From Rubripirellula sp. (GTDB lineage Bacteria; Planctomycetota; Planctomycetia; Pirellulales; Pirellulaceae): 64,000 bases of DNA. Shown here piece after piece: positions 19,126 through 28,785 of this stretch. Location: contig OZ244207.1 in the NCBI GenBank assembly GCA_965216875.1, positions 4,064,001-4,128,000 on the forward strand, in the 5' to 3' direction. How positions within the stretch are numbered: position 1 is the first letter of the stretch; every line of letters starts with the position of its first letter. Made by a program: the position numbers and the translations under genes. The notes beneath the pieces are model-generated. The model saw nothing but the letters and a program-made list of their open reading frames with translations. It made no database searches and was not told the origin of the DNA.

Positions 19126-19668
19126 CTAGCCCTCCGCCGTTTGAAGTTCGATGCACTGCTTCAACTGCTCGCGAATCCGCATCAGCGCCTGCCGAACCGC
19201 GGCTGAGGTCATGCCAAGATGATCTGCCAGGTCGGGTGCTTTCCAACCATCGCTGTAGCGTCCCGCAACGATCTGGCGGCTCTTCGGTGCAAGTTGTTCG
19301 ACACAGTCCCGGAGCGCGGAAACACGACACTGCTCCCAACCGATCGCTTCGCAGTCGTCTTCGACCGGACCAACAAGGAGCTCAGTCAATCGTTCGTTCA
19401 AAATACGGTTGCGTCGTTGATCTTTTCGACGTTCGTTCCGAACCAAATTGCGTGCGATGCCGCGCAACCATTTGCCAAGATCGCGCTGCGCGTCAAAGGA
19501 ATCGAATTCGCGCCAAGCGACCAAAAAGACTTCCTGTGCCAGGTCGTCGACCCAATCGGGGGCGACCCCTAGCGCACGAACGAAGGAACGCAACTGCTGG
19601 TGCTCTTGAGCGACCAGCTCGGCGAATTGCGTGAATTCCGGCGAATTCGTTGATTCAGAACGTCCCAT
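19126..19668 (-). CDS. ECF RNA polymerase sigma-70 factor
   Basis: Region 2 'LRSFVR......VDDLAQEVF..AW...WLRGIARN'; region 4 'LRDCVEQL...SRQIV..RY.......LA..LG....AVRQALMRIREQLKQC'. Confidence 0.92.
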   Translation of the reverse strand: MGRSESTNSPEFTQFAELVAQEHQQLRSFVRALGVAPDWVDDLAQEVFLVAWREFDSFDAQRDLGKWLRGIARNLVRNERRKDQRRNRILNERLTELLVGPVEDDCEAIGWEQCRVSALRDCVEQLAPKSRQIVAGRYSDGWKAPDLADHLGMTSAAVRQALMRIREQLKQCIELQTAEG

Positions 19669-19841
19669 ATTCGTACCTTGTCGCGAGCCGGCCAAGTGTG
19701 ACGAAAGAATCTCAAGAATAATCCTGGAAGCTCACGTGAGAGCCCCCTGAATTGCGGGACACCTGATTGGCGACACGGGAACGACGGGTCTTCGGCGTCG
19801 ACAACGCGGCCCCGCCTTCAAGCTGGCTGAGACGGAACAGC

Positions 19842-20798
19842 CTATTTCAAAGCTGGGACGGCCAGTTTCTCGCCATTGGTGGTGAGGATTTGAAAATGGT
19901 GGATCCCAGCTTTCTGTCCATCGGCGTGAGTCCACACGACCTTTTTGTCACGAGTGACCTCAAATACTTTGGGGGCGTCGCGATCCTTTCGTCCACCCGC
20001 GTAACTGGTGATCACAACGTTTCCATTGGGCAGCACTTGTCCGCCACAGGGGTCCTGCAACCACGGCCCCGGCAAATCATCGTTGGTCAGTGTCCAAACG
20101 ATCTTGCCATCGGCATCAAAGTCAACAACGCGATTGCCATGAGTGCAACAGACGAGCGTGTGTTGATCACCGTGCCGAATGGCGGTGAACGGCCAAGTAT
20201 GGACCTCGTGTTCATTGTCACCCGCCACGGTGGTATCGAGCTTGTTGATCACTTCACCCTCGGCCGAGTACTCGAAGACCGCAAAGTCGAGCAAGTGCGG
20301 CGCAAGGTACGTCCCCTCGGCAGTCTTTCGCGCCATGCGTGTCTGCATGTGATGATTCTGTTTCTGGCAGGCAAGTGGAAACTCAACGACGACTTTGCCT
20401 TCGGCACTGAGCTCGAGCAGCCTTGGCTTTTTGCCCGCTTCGGTGATGACGTAGTTTCCACTTGGGGTCGGCTGAGCACTGTTGACCTCGCTCTGAGTCC
20501 CCTTCCAAATCAACATCTCGCTTCCATCGGTACCCACCCGAACAACCGCACCTCCTTTGTGCTTGTTCGATTTACTGAGTGTCAGCAAGACACTGCCATC
20601 AGGCAGAACGTAGCCATCACGTGTTGATGCGGGATAAGTCCACGTAGGCTTTCCATCTTCGCCCATGATGTACGTCTTGCTTCCGCAAGCAAGAAAGCTG
20701 TGCGTGGTATTTTGCTTCTGCGCGTCGTCTTGGGCGGCAACGTTGATCGCTGCAAAGAGACAAAGGATCAGCGACGTCAGGAGTGTGGTGGGCTTCAT
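19842..20798 (-). CDS. Secreted beta-propeller repeat protein (PQQ-like/arylsulfotransferase-like blades)
   Basis: Signal peptide; repeated 'LPDG.VL', 'LPNGNVVI', 'E....GKVVW'-type blades. Confidence 0.75.
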   Translation of the reverse strand: MKPTTLLTSLILCLFAAINVAAQDDAQKQNTTHSFLACGSKTYIMGEDGKPTWTYPASTRDGYVLPDGSVLLTLSKSNKHKGGAVVRVGTDGSEMLIWKGTQSEVNSAQPTPSGNYVITEAGKKPRLLELSAEGKVVVEFPLACQKQNHHMQTRMARKTAEGTYLAPHLLDFAVFEYSAEGEVINKLDTTVAGDNEHEVHTWPFTAIRHGDQHTLVCCTHGNRVVDFDADGKIVWTLTNDDLPGPWLQDPCGGQVLPNGNVVITSYAGGRKDRDAPKVFEVTRDKKVVWTHADGQKAGIHHFQILTTNGEKLAVPALK

Positions 20799-20886
20799 GA
20801 TGGTTTCCGGCAAACGGGTTGTATTTTCTCCGCGGGAGCGCGAGCCAACATATTAGCACCGCACAAGAAGGTCATGGCCCGATAGT

Positions 20887-20948
20887 GTCGCCTTTTGCTC
20901 CGCAAAAGTTGCGTTTGCGGACGCTCCTTTCGCGGAGCGAAAGGCGAC
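20887..20948. repeat. REP-like palindrome gtcgccttttgctccgcaaaag...ctttcgcggagcgaaaggcgac
   Basis: 22-bp arms, reverse-complementary with 2 mismatches. A second short stem (taaacggctcgcactagcgccaaagcggctta) follows. It resembles intergenic repeats common in Rhodopirellula-like genomes. Confidence 0.8.
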
Positions 20949-21008
20949 GTTCTAAACGGCTCGCACTAGCGCCAAAGCGGCTTACGGATCGGGTTTGCTT
21001 ACGACCTA

Positions 21009-22475
21009 CTATCGGCCACGACGTTCCGATTTTGCCTTGAATTCGGGCGCTGCGTCTTTCGGGAGCCAACGAGCCAATTGATCGCGCACCCGCTTGGACT
21101 CGGAGTTGCCGGCAAGATTTCGAGCCTCCGTGGAATCGCTGCGATGATCATACAACTCTTCCGCTCCATCGTCGTAAACGATCAACCGCCAATCCCGACT
21201 CCGAATTGAGTGATTCCCAAAATAGGAAGAAGTCACCGCAGGACGCTCGCGATGCGCCGCCGGGTCAGCGAGCTGAGGCACAAGCGACATGCCTTCAAGG
21301 TGGTCGCTCGTTGGCAAGCCGCAGAGTTCAACCAACGTAGGGTAGATGTCAATCAAGCTCGCGGGCTCCTTGCATGGTTTGCCGGGCTTGATTCCCGGTC
21401 CCGCGATCAACAGTGGAACGCGAGTCGATTCCTCCCATAGCGTTCGCTTGGCCCAGTGTCGCTTTTCGCCAAGATGAAATCCGTGATCGCTCCAAAGTAC
21501 GATCAACGTATTGTCGGCGTGGGGGCTCGACTGCAATCCCTCGAGCACAATCCCAACGCAATGATCGACAAAACTGATCGATGCGAGGTAGGCATGGGTG
21601 AGACTTCGCTGCTTGCCGTAGCGAACGACTTCACGATGCGTTGGCGCTGCGGCGTAGTCATTGATTCCGAGAAAGTTGGGCGGAAGGTCATCGAGATCAC
21701 GATCATTGGTCGGTGGCAACCAAAAGGAATCGCGATCGTATCGTTCAAACCATTTCGGAGGAACGTAAAGCGGAACATGCGGACGAAAGAATCCGACCGA
21801 CATAAAAAACGGCTTATCAAAGTCCTGCTGAAACACCTTCGCCGCTTGAGTGGCCAGCTGATGCTCACCCATTTCCTCGTCACGCTCTGGAAACGCTCCC
21901 CAGTCCCAAGCCTTGCTCCAGTGGGGCGGGCGATTGAGCGGTTTTCGCGGCGAGGGACTTTTTTTGCGTCCGAGCGATTGGTCGATATCTTCGGCAAGCC
22001 TGCCGCTGAAACCGTGATGCAGGACCTTACCTCCCGACAGAGTGAAATAGCCTCGGTCCTTGAAGTAGCGATGAAGGGTGGGGATATCGTCGAGCGCCGG
22101 GAGCTCTTCATATCGCGGACCAAGCTCGTAGCTGCCGTGCGTTGTCGCAGCGACGCCCGACATCACGCTGACACGCGATGCCGAACAGACCGGCACGGCA
22201 CAATGCGCATTCGTGAAATTGCGTCCCCGCTTGGCCAGGGCATCCATATGAGGCGTCAACGCATCAGGATGGCCTCCGAGAAACCCGACCCAATCGTTGA
22301 GATCATCGATGCAGATCATCAAGACGTTGGGCCGCTGCGACGGGTCGGCCGACTCAGCATGGCAATGGGTCTGGCCTCCGATGGTCGCCCACACCGCGAT
22401 CGTGATGATCACGACCTGCGCCAAACAACGCGGCGTTCCGCCCGGATCGTTCTTACACACTGACCTGACCTGCAT
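21009..22475 (-). CDS. Sulfatase (iduronate-2-sulfatase/choline sulfatase-like)
   Basis: 'PNVLMICIDDLNDW', 'FTNAHC..PVCSASR', 'GK..H', 'PFF..VGFFRPHVP', 'WSDHGFHLGEK.HWAK.TLWE', 'ELYD'. Start at MQVRS abuts the upstream stop. Confidence 0.9.
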   Translation of the reverse strand: MQVRSVCKNDPGGTPRCLAQVVIITIAVWATIGGQTHCHAESADPSQRPNVLMICIDDLNDWVGFLGGHPDALTPHMDALAKRGRNFTNAHCAVPVCSASRVSVMSGVAATTHGSYELGPRYEELPALDDIPTLHRYFKDRGYFTLSGGKVLHHGFSGRLAEDIDQSLGRKKSPSPRKPLNRPPHWSKAWDWGAFPERDEEMGEHQLATQAAKVFQQDFDKPFFMSVGFFRPHVPLYVPPKWFERYDRDSFWLPPTNDRDLDDLPPNFLGINDYAAAPTHREVVRYGKQRSLTHAYLASISFVDHCVGIVLEGLQSSPHADNTLIVLWSDHGFHLGEKRHWAKRTLWEESTRVPLLIAGPGIKPGKPCKEPASLIDIYPTLVELCGLPTSDHLEGMSLVPQLADPAAHRERPAVTSSYFGNHSIRSRDWRLIVYDDGAEELYDHRSDSTEARNLAGNSESKRVRDQLARWLPKDAAPEFKAKSERRGR

Positions 22476-22477
22476 CG

Positions 22478-23866
22478 TTAGCGTTTCCGCAGCTTTCGAT
22501 CCGCCTTTGGATTGGCTTGGACAAACTTGCCCGCCTGCCTCTCGGCGGGAATGTACCACTGCTCCAAAAGCTCGCTCATCTCGGCCACAAGCATTGGTTT
22601 TCGGGAAGCCAGATTCACTTTCTCGAACGGATCTGTTTTCAAATCAAACAGCTGGGGAGCACCGCTCGTCGGCGGGTACTTCATCTTCCCCGGTGCGCCG
22701 TCATACGTGAGCAACAGCTTATCGTGACCTCGAATCACCCACCGATACAACAGCGAAGCATGAGGCTGATCGATGTCGGCGATGTCGTGCGCGAACGATT
22801 CACCGTACAAAGTGTTTCGCTCAATCGACGCACCAGTCTGCAATTGCGGCAAAAGGTTCAAACCTGGAAACTCGTGCGGTCCACTTGCTCCAGCGGCGGC
22901 CAGTACGGTTGGCACGAAATCGATTGACGAACAGAGTTCCGACCGGTCCTTTGCAGGAATGGTCCCTGGCCAACGAAACATGATCGGCGTGCGTGTGCCA
23001 AGTTCATTGGGACTACGCTTCGATCGTGGTGCATAGCTTCCACCTTCGGTCTGCACCCAACCGTTGTCGGTCACGTAGACCACCAGCGTGTTCTCGCCGA
23101 CACCGGCCGCATCGATATGGTCGACCAACGCACCACACGTTTCATCGAACCACTCACACATGGCATAGTACTTCGCAATCCGAGGCTGCACGCCTTTGGC
23201 AACATACTTGTCCAGCAAACGCGCTGGCGGCGTGTGCGGTGTGTGGGGCATGAAGGGAGCGTACCAAACGAAGAAGGGCTTTTCCGCAGCAACACTTCGA
23301 TCGATGAAGTCGGTCACCGGCTTGATTCCCTCGCGGCCAATCTTCAACCCTGCGTCACCATGACGACCACCTTTGTTTGGAAAGCCTTTGGTCATTCCCT
23401 CGGTAAAACCGCCACGCGCAAACGATCCTTCCCACCATTTCCCACTTTGATGGCTGACATAACCGCGGCGAGCCAACCACTGCGGCAACGCGCCGGTCTG
23501 GTCAATGTGCGAAATCAACAGCTCACGCGCGTCCTCGCCCTCACGATCAACATGCTTCTGGTTCGCTGGCGTTTTCGCCGGGTCGTTGCCCGTTGTCTTG
23601 TTCTGATGGGAATAGAGTCCGGTAATTAACGTCATCAACGCTGGTCGGCAAAGCGCTGTTGGGACATACCCGCGGCGAAAAAGCGTGCTCTCACGCGCGA
23701 GCGCATCCAAATGGGGCGTTTCGATTTCAGGATGCCCCATGAATCCATAGTCGGTGTAACCCTGGTCATCCGACAGGATCAAAACGATGTTGGGTAGCGG
23801 TTGGTCGGCAGCGAGCGAACCGGCGCTAACCAAAACGATCGCGAGCAATGCAAAGATGGATTTCAT
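22478..23866 (-). CDS. Sulfatase family protein with atypical CRPAL motif
   Basis: 'PNIVLILSDDQGY.DYGFMGH', 'TPHLD.LA', 'ALCRPALMTLITG', 'GKWWEG', 'PHTP', 'TDNG', 'LFDLKTDP.E..NLA'. Signal peptide from MKSIF. Confidence 0.88.
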   Translation of the reverse strand: MKSIFALLAIVLVSAGSLAADQPLPNIVLILSDDQGYTDYGFMGHPEIETPHLDALARESTLFRRGYVPTALCRPALMTLITGLYSHQNKTTGNDPAKTPANQKHVDREGEDARELLISHIDQTGALPQWLARRGYVSHQSGKWWEGSFARGGFTEGMTKGFPNKGGRHGDAGLKIGREGIKPVTDFIDRSVAAEKPFFVWYAPFMPHTPHTPPARLLDKYVAKGVQPRIAKYYAMCEWFDETCGALVDHIDAAGVGENTLVVYVTDNGWVQTEGGSYAPRSKRSPNELGTRTPIMFRWPGTIPAKDRSELCSSIDFVPTVLAAAGASGPHEFPGLNLLPQLQTGASIERNTLYGESFAHDIADIDQPHASLLYRWVIRGHDKLLLTYDGAPGKMKYPPTSGAPQLFDLKTDPFEKVNLASRKPMLVAEMSELLEQWYIPAERQAGKFVQANPKADRKLRKR

Positions 23867-23906
23867 GTTGTTCATCAAAGTGCGTGTTCGAAAGGCCACA
23901 AGAACG

Positions 23907-23938
23907 TCGCGCGGCGCGCATCGGTGCGCGCCGCGCGA
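23907..23938. other. Perfect 14-bp GC-rich intercistronic hairpin
   Basis: tcgcgcggcgcgca-tcgg-tgcgcgccgcgcga between the heme-protein stop (23952) and the sulfatase start (23866). No long U-tract. Confidence 0.7.
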
Positions 23939-23951
23939 TACTGCGATCGGC

Positions 23952-26900
23952 TCAGTGCTTGAAATACTCGTGGCCCGAATCGCCACCTGAAATCAGATAG
24001 GCAAGCAGATCAAGAATCTCGTCCTTGGTCATGCGATTGAACAAACCCGCCGGCATTGGAGACACCTTCGACACAACCATCTGCTCGATCTCGTTTCGGT
24101 TCACGTTCACACGCTTGTTGGGATCGGTCAGATCGGTGTTGATGGTCAACCGATCGCCATTCAGATTGACAACAACACCGGTGTGCACGACGCCATCTTC
24201 GGTCAAGACACGCACCGAAGAGAATTGGTCGTTGATCACCTTGCTCGGGTTGACGACTTGATCGATCAAATCGTGGGGCGAGTAACGACGTCCCGACGTT
24301 GTCAGGTCGGGGCCTGTCATCCCACCTTGGTTGCCGAACCGATGGCAAGCGTAGCACCCCGCCGCAGCAAACATTTTGCGTCCGTTGGCAAAGTCACGCT
24401 CCTTCAGGCCCGTCCGTGACGCTAGTGACAGTTCGTCCAATGTCCACTGCGTTTCGGACCGCCCCGCGAACACCGCGCCAAGGTTCTCGAGCGCCGACTT
24501 CTTCTCTGGCTTCTTTGCCAAAATCTCTTTGAGCGTCTCTTTCTGCGCCGCACTCAGTGAAGCAACCGCGTCGTCTCGCATGAACTGCACAAACTTTTCA
24601 AAGCTCGCACCGCCGCGATAATTCGCCGCCTTCAAGAACCATTCGAAATACCTCGATTGAAGCTCCGTCGTCCAACCTGCTTTCAACATACGAATGGAAC
24701 GAGCATATTGAACTTGCTCTTCTTGCGTGGGCGCCGACTCGATCAAGGCCATCGCCTTTTGAGCCAGCGTCGGCGATTGCAACCAGGCAAGGGTTTCGCA
24801 TAACAACCAATTCAAATCTGCTGAAGCCGAGGGGAACAGCGGGTCAATCTTGGCGATCAGCTTCTCAATCGTCGCATCATCGGGCCGGCCGAATCGATTG
24901 AAGATGATTTGCAACGTACGCTGCAACGTCAACTGACTCATCGAGTCTAGATTCGCCATGTCGATCGCCAGCGCTGCGGACAACATCTTGTCGCGCATTG
25001 CCGTGTCGACTGGCGGCGTCGCATCGTTTCGGTGCTGTGGACAGGTCCCGGTGACCCGTGCAAGTGCTAACAGGGCTTCGACTTGTTTCGTCGGATCCGA
25101 CTCAGCAAGTGTTTTTTCAGCCCAAGTGTCGACAGGTTGATGCTCGATCGCCGTGCGAGCCGCGTATCGAATGAACCGATCTTGACTGGAGAGGTGAGGC
25201 CAAGCGGCTTCGACCGCATCCGCGTCGACGCGTCCGTGAAATCTTTCGAGTGAGTGTCGAAGATCGCGAGCGGCACTTTTTGAAGCCACCGCTTCGGCTG
25301 GCACTGTCGATTCATCACCAACGTAGCTGACACGGTAGAGTCCTGATTGAACCTTTCGTCCACCAATGGTGAAGTACATCGCACCATCACCCGGATGAAT
25401 GATCGCGTCGGTGATCGGCAAGGGCGCGCCGGTGACAAATTCTTCTTTGGTCGCGGTGTATGCCGAACCTTTGGGCTCGAGATGCACGGCGTAGACTTTT
25501 CCCCAACTCCAATCGAGTGCGTACAAAGCGTTTTGGTATTTGGCTGGGAACTTTGCCCCGTATCCGAATGTCACCCCCGTTGGTGAACCCGGTCCAATGT
25601 CAAAGACACCGGGGACATTGTCCGCGTAAAACGTTGGTCGCTTTCCCGCACCGTTGCGCCACCCGAACTCGGCACCGCTCGTGACCAAACACACGCGAGT
25701 TGGCCGATACCAAGGTGTGTTGAAGTCGTATTCCATATCAGCGTCGTAGGTGAACAGCTCGCCGTCACGGTTGATTGCGGCATCAAAGATATTTCGAAAG
25801 CCGTTGGCGTAGGCTTCAAAGTTCTTACCATCGAGATCGACGCGATAAATGATTCCACCAGGTGCCAACACACCACGGTTGTGTCCGCGACCATCGGGGA
25901 AACTCGGAAGCAGGTGGTCTTCGCCCCAGATTTGCGGAACTTGTGACCCCTTCGCGAATTCCGTCGGCTTGGCGTTGTTGCCGCAAATCAGAAACAGCGA
26001 CTTCCCGTCAGGGGTTGGTACAACCGCGTGAACACCGTGGTCGCCGCGTGCCTCCATCGCCCGCAACCTTTCGACCTTGTCCAGGTTGTCATCGCCGTTG
26101 CTGTCGGTCAGGCGATACAAGCCCGACGGGATCTTCTTTTCGTAGTCGTTGACACCGACGTACAAGGCATCGTTCATCCAAACCATTCCATTGACGGCTC
26201 GAATCTCGGCTGGCACTGGCTTCACATCTGAAGCGGTCAGCGTTTGGCCGCTTGCGGGCGGAGTGATTCGGTAAAGTCCACCGAATTGATCGCTGACCAG
26301 CAAACGTCCTTTGTTGTCAGTGCAAAGGTTGACCCAAGATCCTTGCGTGTCACCTGGTACGGAATAGAGCAACTCGACCTTGAAACCCTTGGCTGCCTTG
26401 ATGCGGTCAACGGGCGTCGCGGTGTTCCCGGTTTTCGCGGCGACAGCATCGATGGCAGCCTTTGCATCCGCTCCCTTGAGATGCCGCAGGGCGACATCTT
26501 TGAATTCGACGGTCATGGGATTCCCAGCATGCAACTGCAAGGCAAGGATTCCTTTTCGTTTTGCTTCGGGATGGTTGTCGGTCAAGTCCATCGTGGTCAC
26601 GCCGTTGACTTGATGGATTTGACGATTGCCAACGGCGATAATCGTCAACTCATTCCACTCGGTATCGACAAGCTTCTGATTCTTATCGCCAACTTCACCA
26701 ACCACTTCCGGCTTGCCGTCTGCACCGACGACCACGCGTTGAAAACGTTTTGCGACAATCCCACGCCATTTTTCGGCATACAACATTCCGAAGAATTCAG
26801 GCTTCGGATGCAAGTCGGCCTGGTAACCCTTTACAACAAAGTCTTCGGGGTTACCGACCAGTTCGCTACGATATTGCACGCCGGAGTTGTTACCTGAAAA

Positions 26901-27143
26901 GCGCACCTTGGCTTTGAAGACAAAGTCAGCCACTTCGCCACCTTGCCATACCAAGAACGTGTTGCCTTTGGTTGGTTTCTCTTTCGTCGTTTCTCCAAAG
27001 ATGGCTCCGTCTTTGACTGACCAGAACTCGCCCTTCCCATCCCAGCCGGAAAGGTCCTTACCATTAAAGAGTGACTCGAAATCATCGGCAAAAGTGACCG
27101 ACGTCAGTAAACACAGAAACAACCAGGTTGATATTCGTCTCAT
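23952..27143 (-). CDS. DUF1080 domain fused to a PVC-type dehydrogenase beta-propeller and heme-binding (CxxCH) domain
   Basis: N-terminal 'SLFNGKDLSGWDG...NSGVQYRS...GYQAD...G.LALQLHAG'; propeller 'GFKVELLY', 'DHGVH', 'GFRN.FD.A....GELFTYDADME.D...PWYRPTR', 'G.GSPTG', 'LDWS.G'; CYACH, 'GPDLT', 'SPMPAGL'. Signal peptide from MRRIS. Confidence 0.88.
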   Translation of the reverse strand: MRRISTWLFLCLLTSVTFADDFESLFNGKDLSGWDGKGEFWSVKDGAIFGETTKEKPTKGNTFLVWQGGEVADFVFKAKVRFSGNNSGVQYRSELVGNPEDFVVKGYQADLHPKPEFFGMLYAEKWRGIVAKRFQRVVVGADGKPEVVGEVGDKNQKLVDTEWNELTIIAVGNRQIHQVNGVTTMDLTDNHPEAKRKGILALQLHAGNPMTVEFKDVALRHLKGADAKAAIDAVAAKTGNTATPVDRIKAAKGFKVELLYSVPGDTQGSWVNLCTDNKGRLLVSDQFGGLYRITPPASGQTLTASDVKPVPAEIRAVNGMVWMNDALYVGVNDYEKKIPSGLYRLTDSNGDDNLDKVERLRAMEARGDHGVHAVVPTPDGKSLFLICGNNAKPTEFAKGSQVPQIWGEDHLLPSFPDGRGHNRGVLAPGGIIYRVDLDGKNFEAYANGFRNIFDAAINRDGELFTYDADMEYDFNTPWYRPTRVCLVTSGAEFGWRNGAGKRPTFYADNVPGVFDIGPGSPTGVTFGYGAKFPAKYQNALYALDWSWGKVYAVHLEPKGSAYTATKEEFVTGAPLPITDAIIHPGDGAMYFTIGGRKVQSGLYRVSYVGDESTVPAEAVASKSAARDLRHSLERFHGRVDADAVEAAWPHLSSQDRFIRYAARTAIEHQPVDTWAEKTLAESDPTKQVEALLALARVTGTCPQHRNDATPPVDTAMRDKMLSAALAIDMANLDSMSQLTLQRTLQIIFNRFGRPDDATIEKLIAKIDPLFPSASADLNWLLCETLAWLQSPTLAQKAMALIESAPTQEEQVQYARSIRMLKAGWTTELQSRYFEWFLKAANYRGGASFEKFVQFMRDDAVASLSAAQKETLKEILAKKPEKKSALENLGAVFAGRSETQWTLDELSLASRTGLKERDFANGRKMFAAAGCYACHRFGNQGGMTGPDLTTSGRRYSPHDLIDQVVNPSKVINDQFSSVRVLTEDGVVHTGVVVNLNGDRLTINTDLTDPNKRVNVNRNEIEQMVVSKVSPMPAGLFNRMTKDEILDLLAYLISGGDSGHEYFKH

Positions 27144-27222
27144 AGATCTTGCAATTCTTCGAAGGGGCAAATGAGCGGATAGGGGAGGGAAGTGGGGTAG
27201 GTAGTGTTGGAAAAAGAAAAAG

Positions 27223-28785
27223 TCAGTCAGCGCGTTTCCACACCGCGTCTTCGACAACGGAAAACGAGCCCATCGTCTGCTGTTCGATATGGTCGACCAA
27301 TCGTTCAAACTCGCCCTTCTCGGCATCCGTTGGCACGTCGGTCAAAAAGAGTGGCCATTTAGGTTGGCCCCAAAAGGTTTCCTCGTATTGATCGCCCGCG
27401 CGTTCGACAAGCAACAGCCCCGAAGTGATGTTGCCACCGATCTCACCGAACAAGAGATCAAGCTCAATGGGTTCTCCGTCGAGCTGGACCCATTCACTAC
27501 ACGCGAATCCAGCCGGTGCGATCAAACAGGGTAGCGCGGGATTGTTTTCACGTGGGATGCCAAGGTCTTTGAAGGGCGAGTCATGCCGCGAACCTTCAAA
27601 CACCGGCTTGCCGTCGATCGCGACCAACATGTGGTTGTCGGCGTAGCCCCAAAAACGGTAGCGGCCTTTCTTTGGCGGGCGCACTTTGCCGCGATACCAG
27701 GCCATCCAGCCCCCATTTTGCGAAAAAGGCGCGAGTCCAATGCGTCCTGGAAACTCGTGATAGGCCCCGGCAATGCCGCGAAAACCGATCGCCTCGCTCT
27801 GTTTCAATACATCCAAACAGGATCGATCTTGAAACTGCGAACGAACCAGCGGCAAGAACGTGTTGGCGATGACGTCTTCATCAAGCCTCGATTTAGTGAT
27901 CAGCGTCGAACGGTCGTAGCCGAATACCGACCCGGTCAGTGCTCTCGTCAATGGACCGTGCTGTGGTTCGGTCGCAGCAAGTGTCAATTCCGGAATCGCC
28001 CGCGACACGTTTGAAGGCGAGCGTTTTTCTGACTCGCCGTTTTGGTCGTACCTTGCGAACTCACCCTCGTGCATCAACTCGACGGAACTGCCATCATGGT
28101 CATCGACTGAAATTTGACCGTCGAGCACAAGCACTTCGGAACCTCTCGAGCTAGCAGTCACAACAAAACTCGTTCCGAGATCAACGAACTTTCGCTGAGC
28201 CGTATCGACGACAAAACCGACTCCCTGGGGTGGAACGACCAACTTCACTTGCCCTTCTCGCAAGGAAACGTGTTGGTCACTACTAAGCGTCATTATTAGC
28301 GGCGCGGTTGCAACGACATGCACACCTGTTTCACGAAACGCCAATTCGATCAGTCCCTGAGCCACATCGAGCTGTTCACCGGCATACAACTCGGCTCCAT
28401 CAACAACCTTGCGATCATTGACGTTGCCCTCGCCTTCGATTCGAATCACTCGCGCGATCCCTCGGCGTGATACTTCTTGCGGATCGGCTGGATTCCGAAA
28501 CCAGCCGAACGCAGCAAAAACGAGCGAGGCAGCGACCGCAAGCAAGGCCAACCAAACGGTGTAACCACTTGGTCGTTGCCGCGAACGGTCTGTTTCCTCG
28601 ACAGTCAACACGCCAGAATCGCCAGCTGTGAGCGATTGCCACTTTGCGTCAATCGTGGCGAGTGATCGCAACATCGCTCGTGCATCAGCATCGCGACGCA
28701 AGAGGTCTTCAAGAACAGCGAGTTCTTCCTCGGTGATCGCGCCGTCGAGATAACGGTGCATGAGATCGAGTTCGTTTTCGGTCAC
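27223..28785 (-). CDS. FecR-domain anti-sigma factor with C-terminal PA14-like domain
   Basis: 'RYLDG....EE...LE.LL', one TM, FecR 'GF.V.T.....VDLGTSF.V.......V.V.DG'; C-terminal 'WYRGKVRPPKKGRYRFWGYADN.MLV.IDGK.V' is PA14-like. GTGA overlap with the sigma gene. Confidence 0.82.
   Translation of the reverse strand: MTENELDLMHRYLDGAITEEELAVLEDLLRRDADARAMLRSLATIDAKWQSLTAGDSGVLTVEETDRSRQRPSGYTVWLALLAVAASLVFAAFGWFRNPADPQEVSRRGIARVIRIEGEGNVNDRKVVDGAELYAGEQLDVAQGLIELAFRETGVHVVATAPLIMTLSSDQHVSLREGQVKLVVPPQGVGFVVDTAQRKFVDLGTSFVVTASSRGSEVLVLDGQISVDDHDGSSVELMHEGEFARYDQNGESEKRSPSNVSRAIPELTLAATEPQHGPLTRALTGSVFGYDRSTLITKSRLDEDVIANTFLPLVRSQFQDRSCLDVLKQSEAIGFRGIAGAYHEFPGRIGLAPFSQNGGWMAWYRGKVRPPKKGRYRFWGYADNHMLVAIDGKPVFEGSRHDSPFKDLGIPRENNPALPCLIAPAGFACSEWVQLDGEPIELDLLFGEIGGNITSGLLLVERAGDQYEETFWGQPKWPLFLTDVPTDAEKGEFERLVDHIEQQTMGSFSVVEDAVWKRAD

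Noticed and set aside
19669..19740. Autoregulatory ECF promoter motifs upstream of the two sigma genes (also 29330-29400)
   Set aside because: Candidate -35/-10 words are visible, but I could not find them repeated convincingly before the putative target genes.
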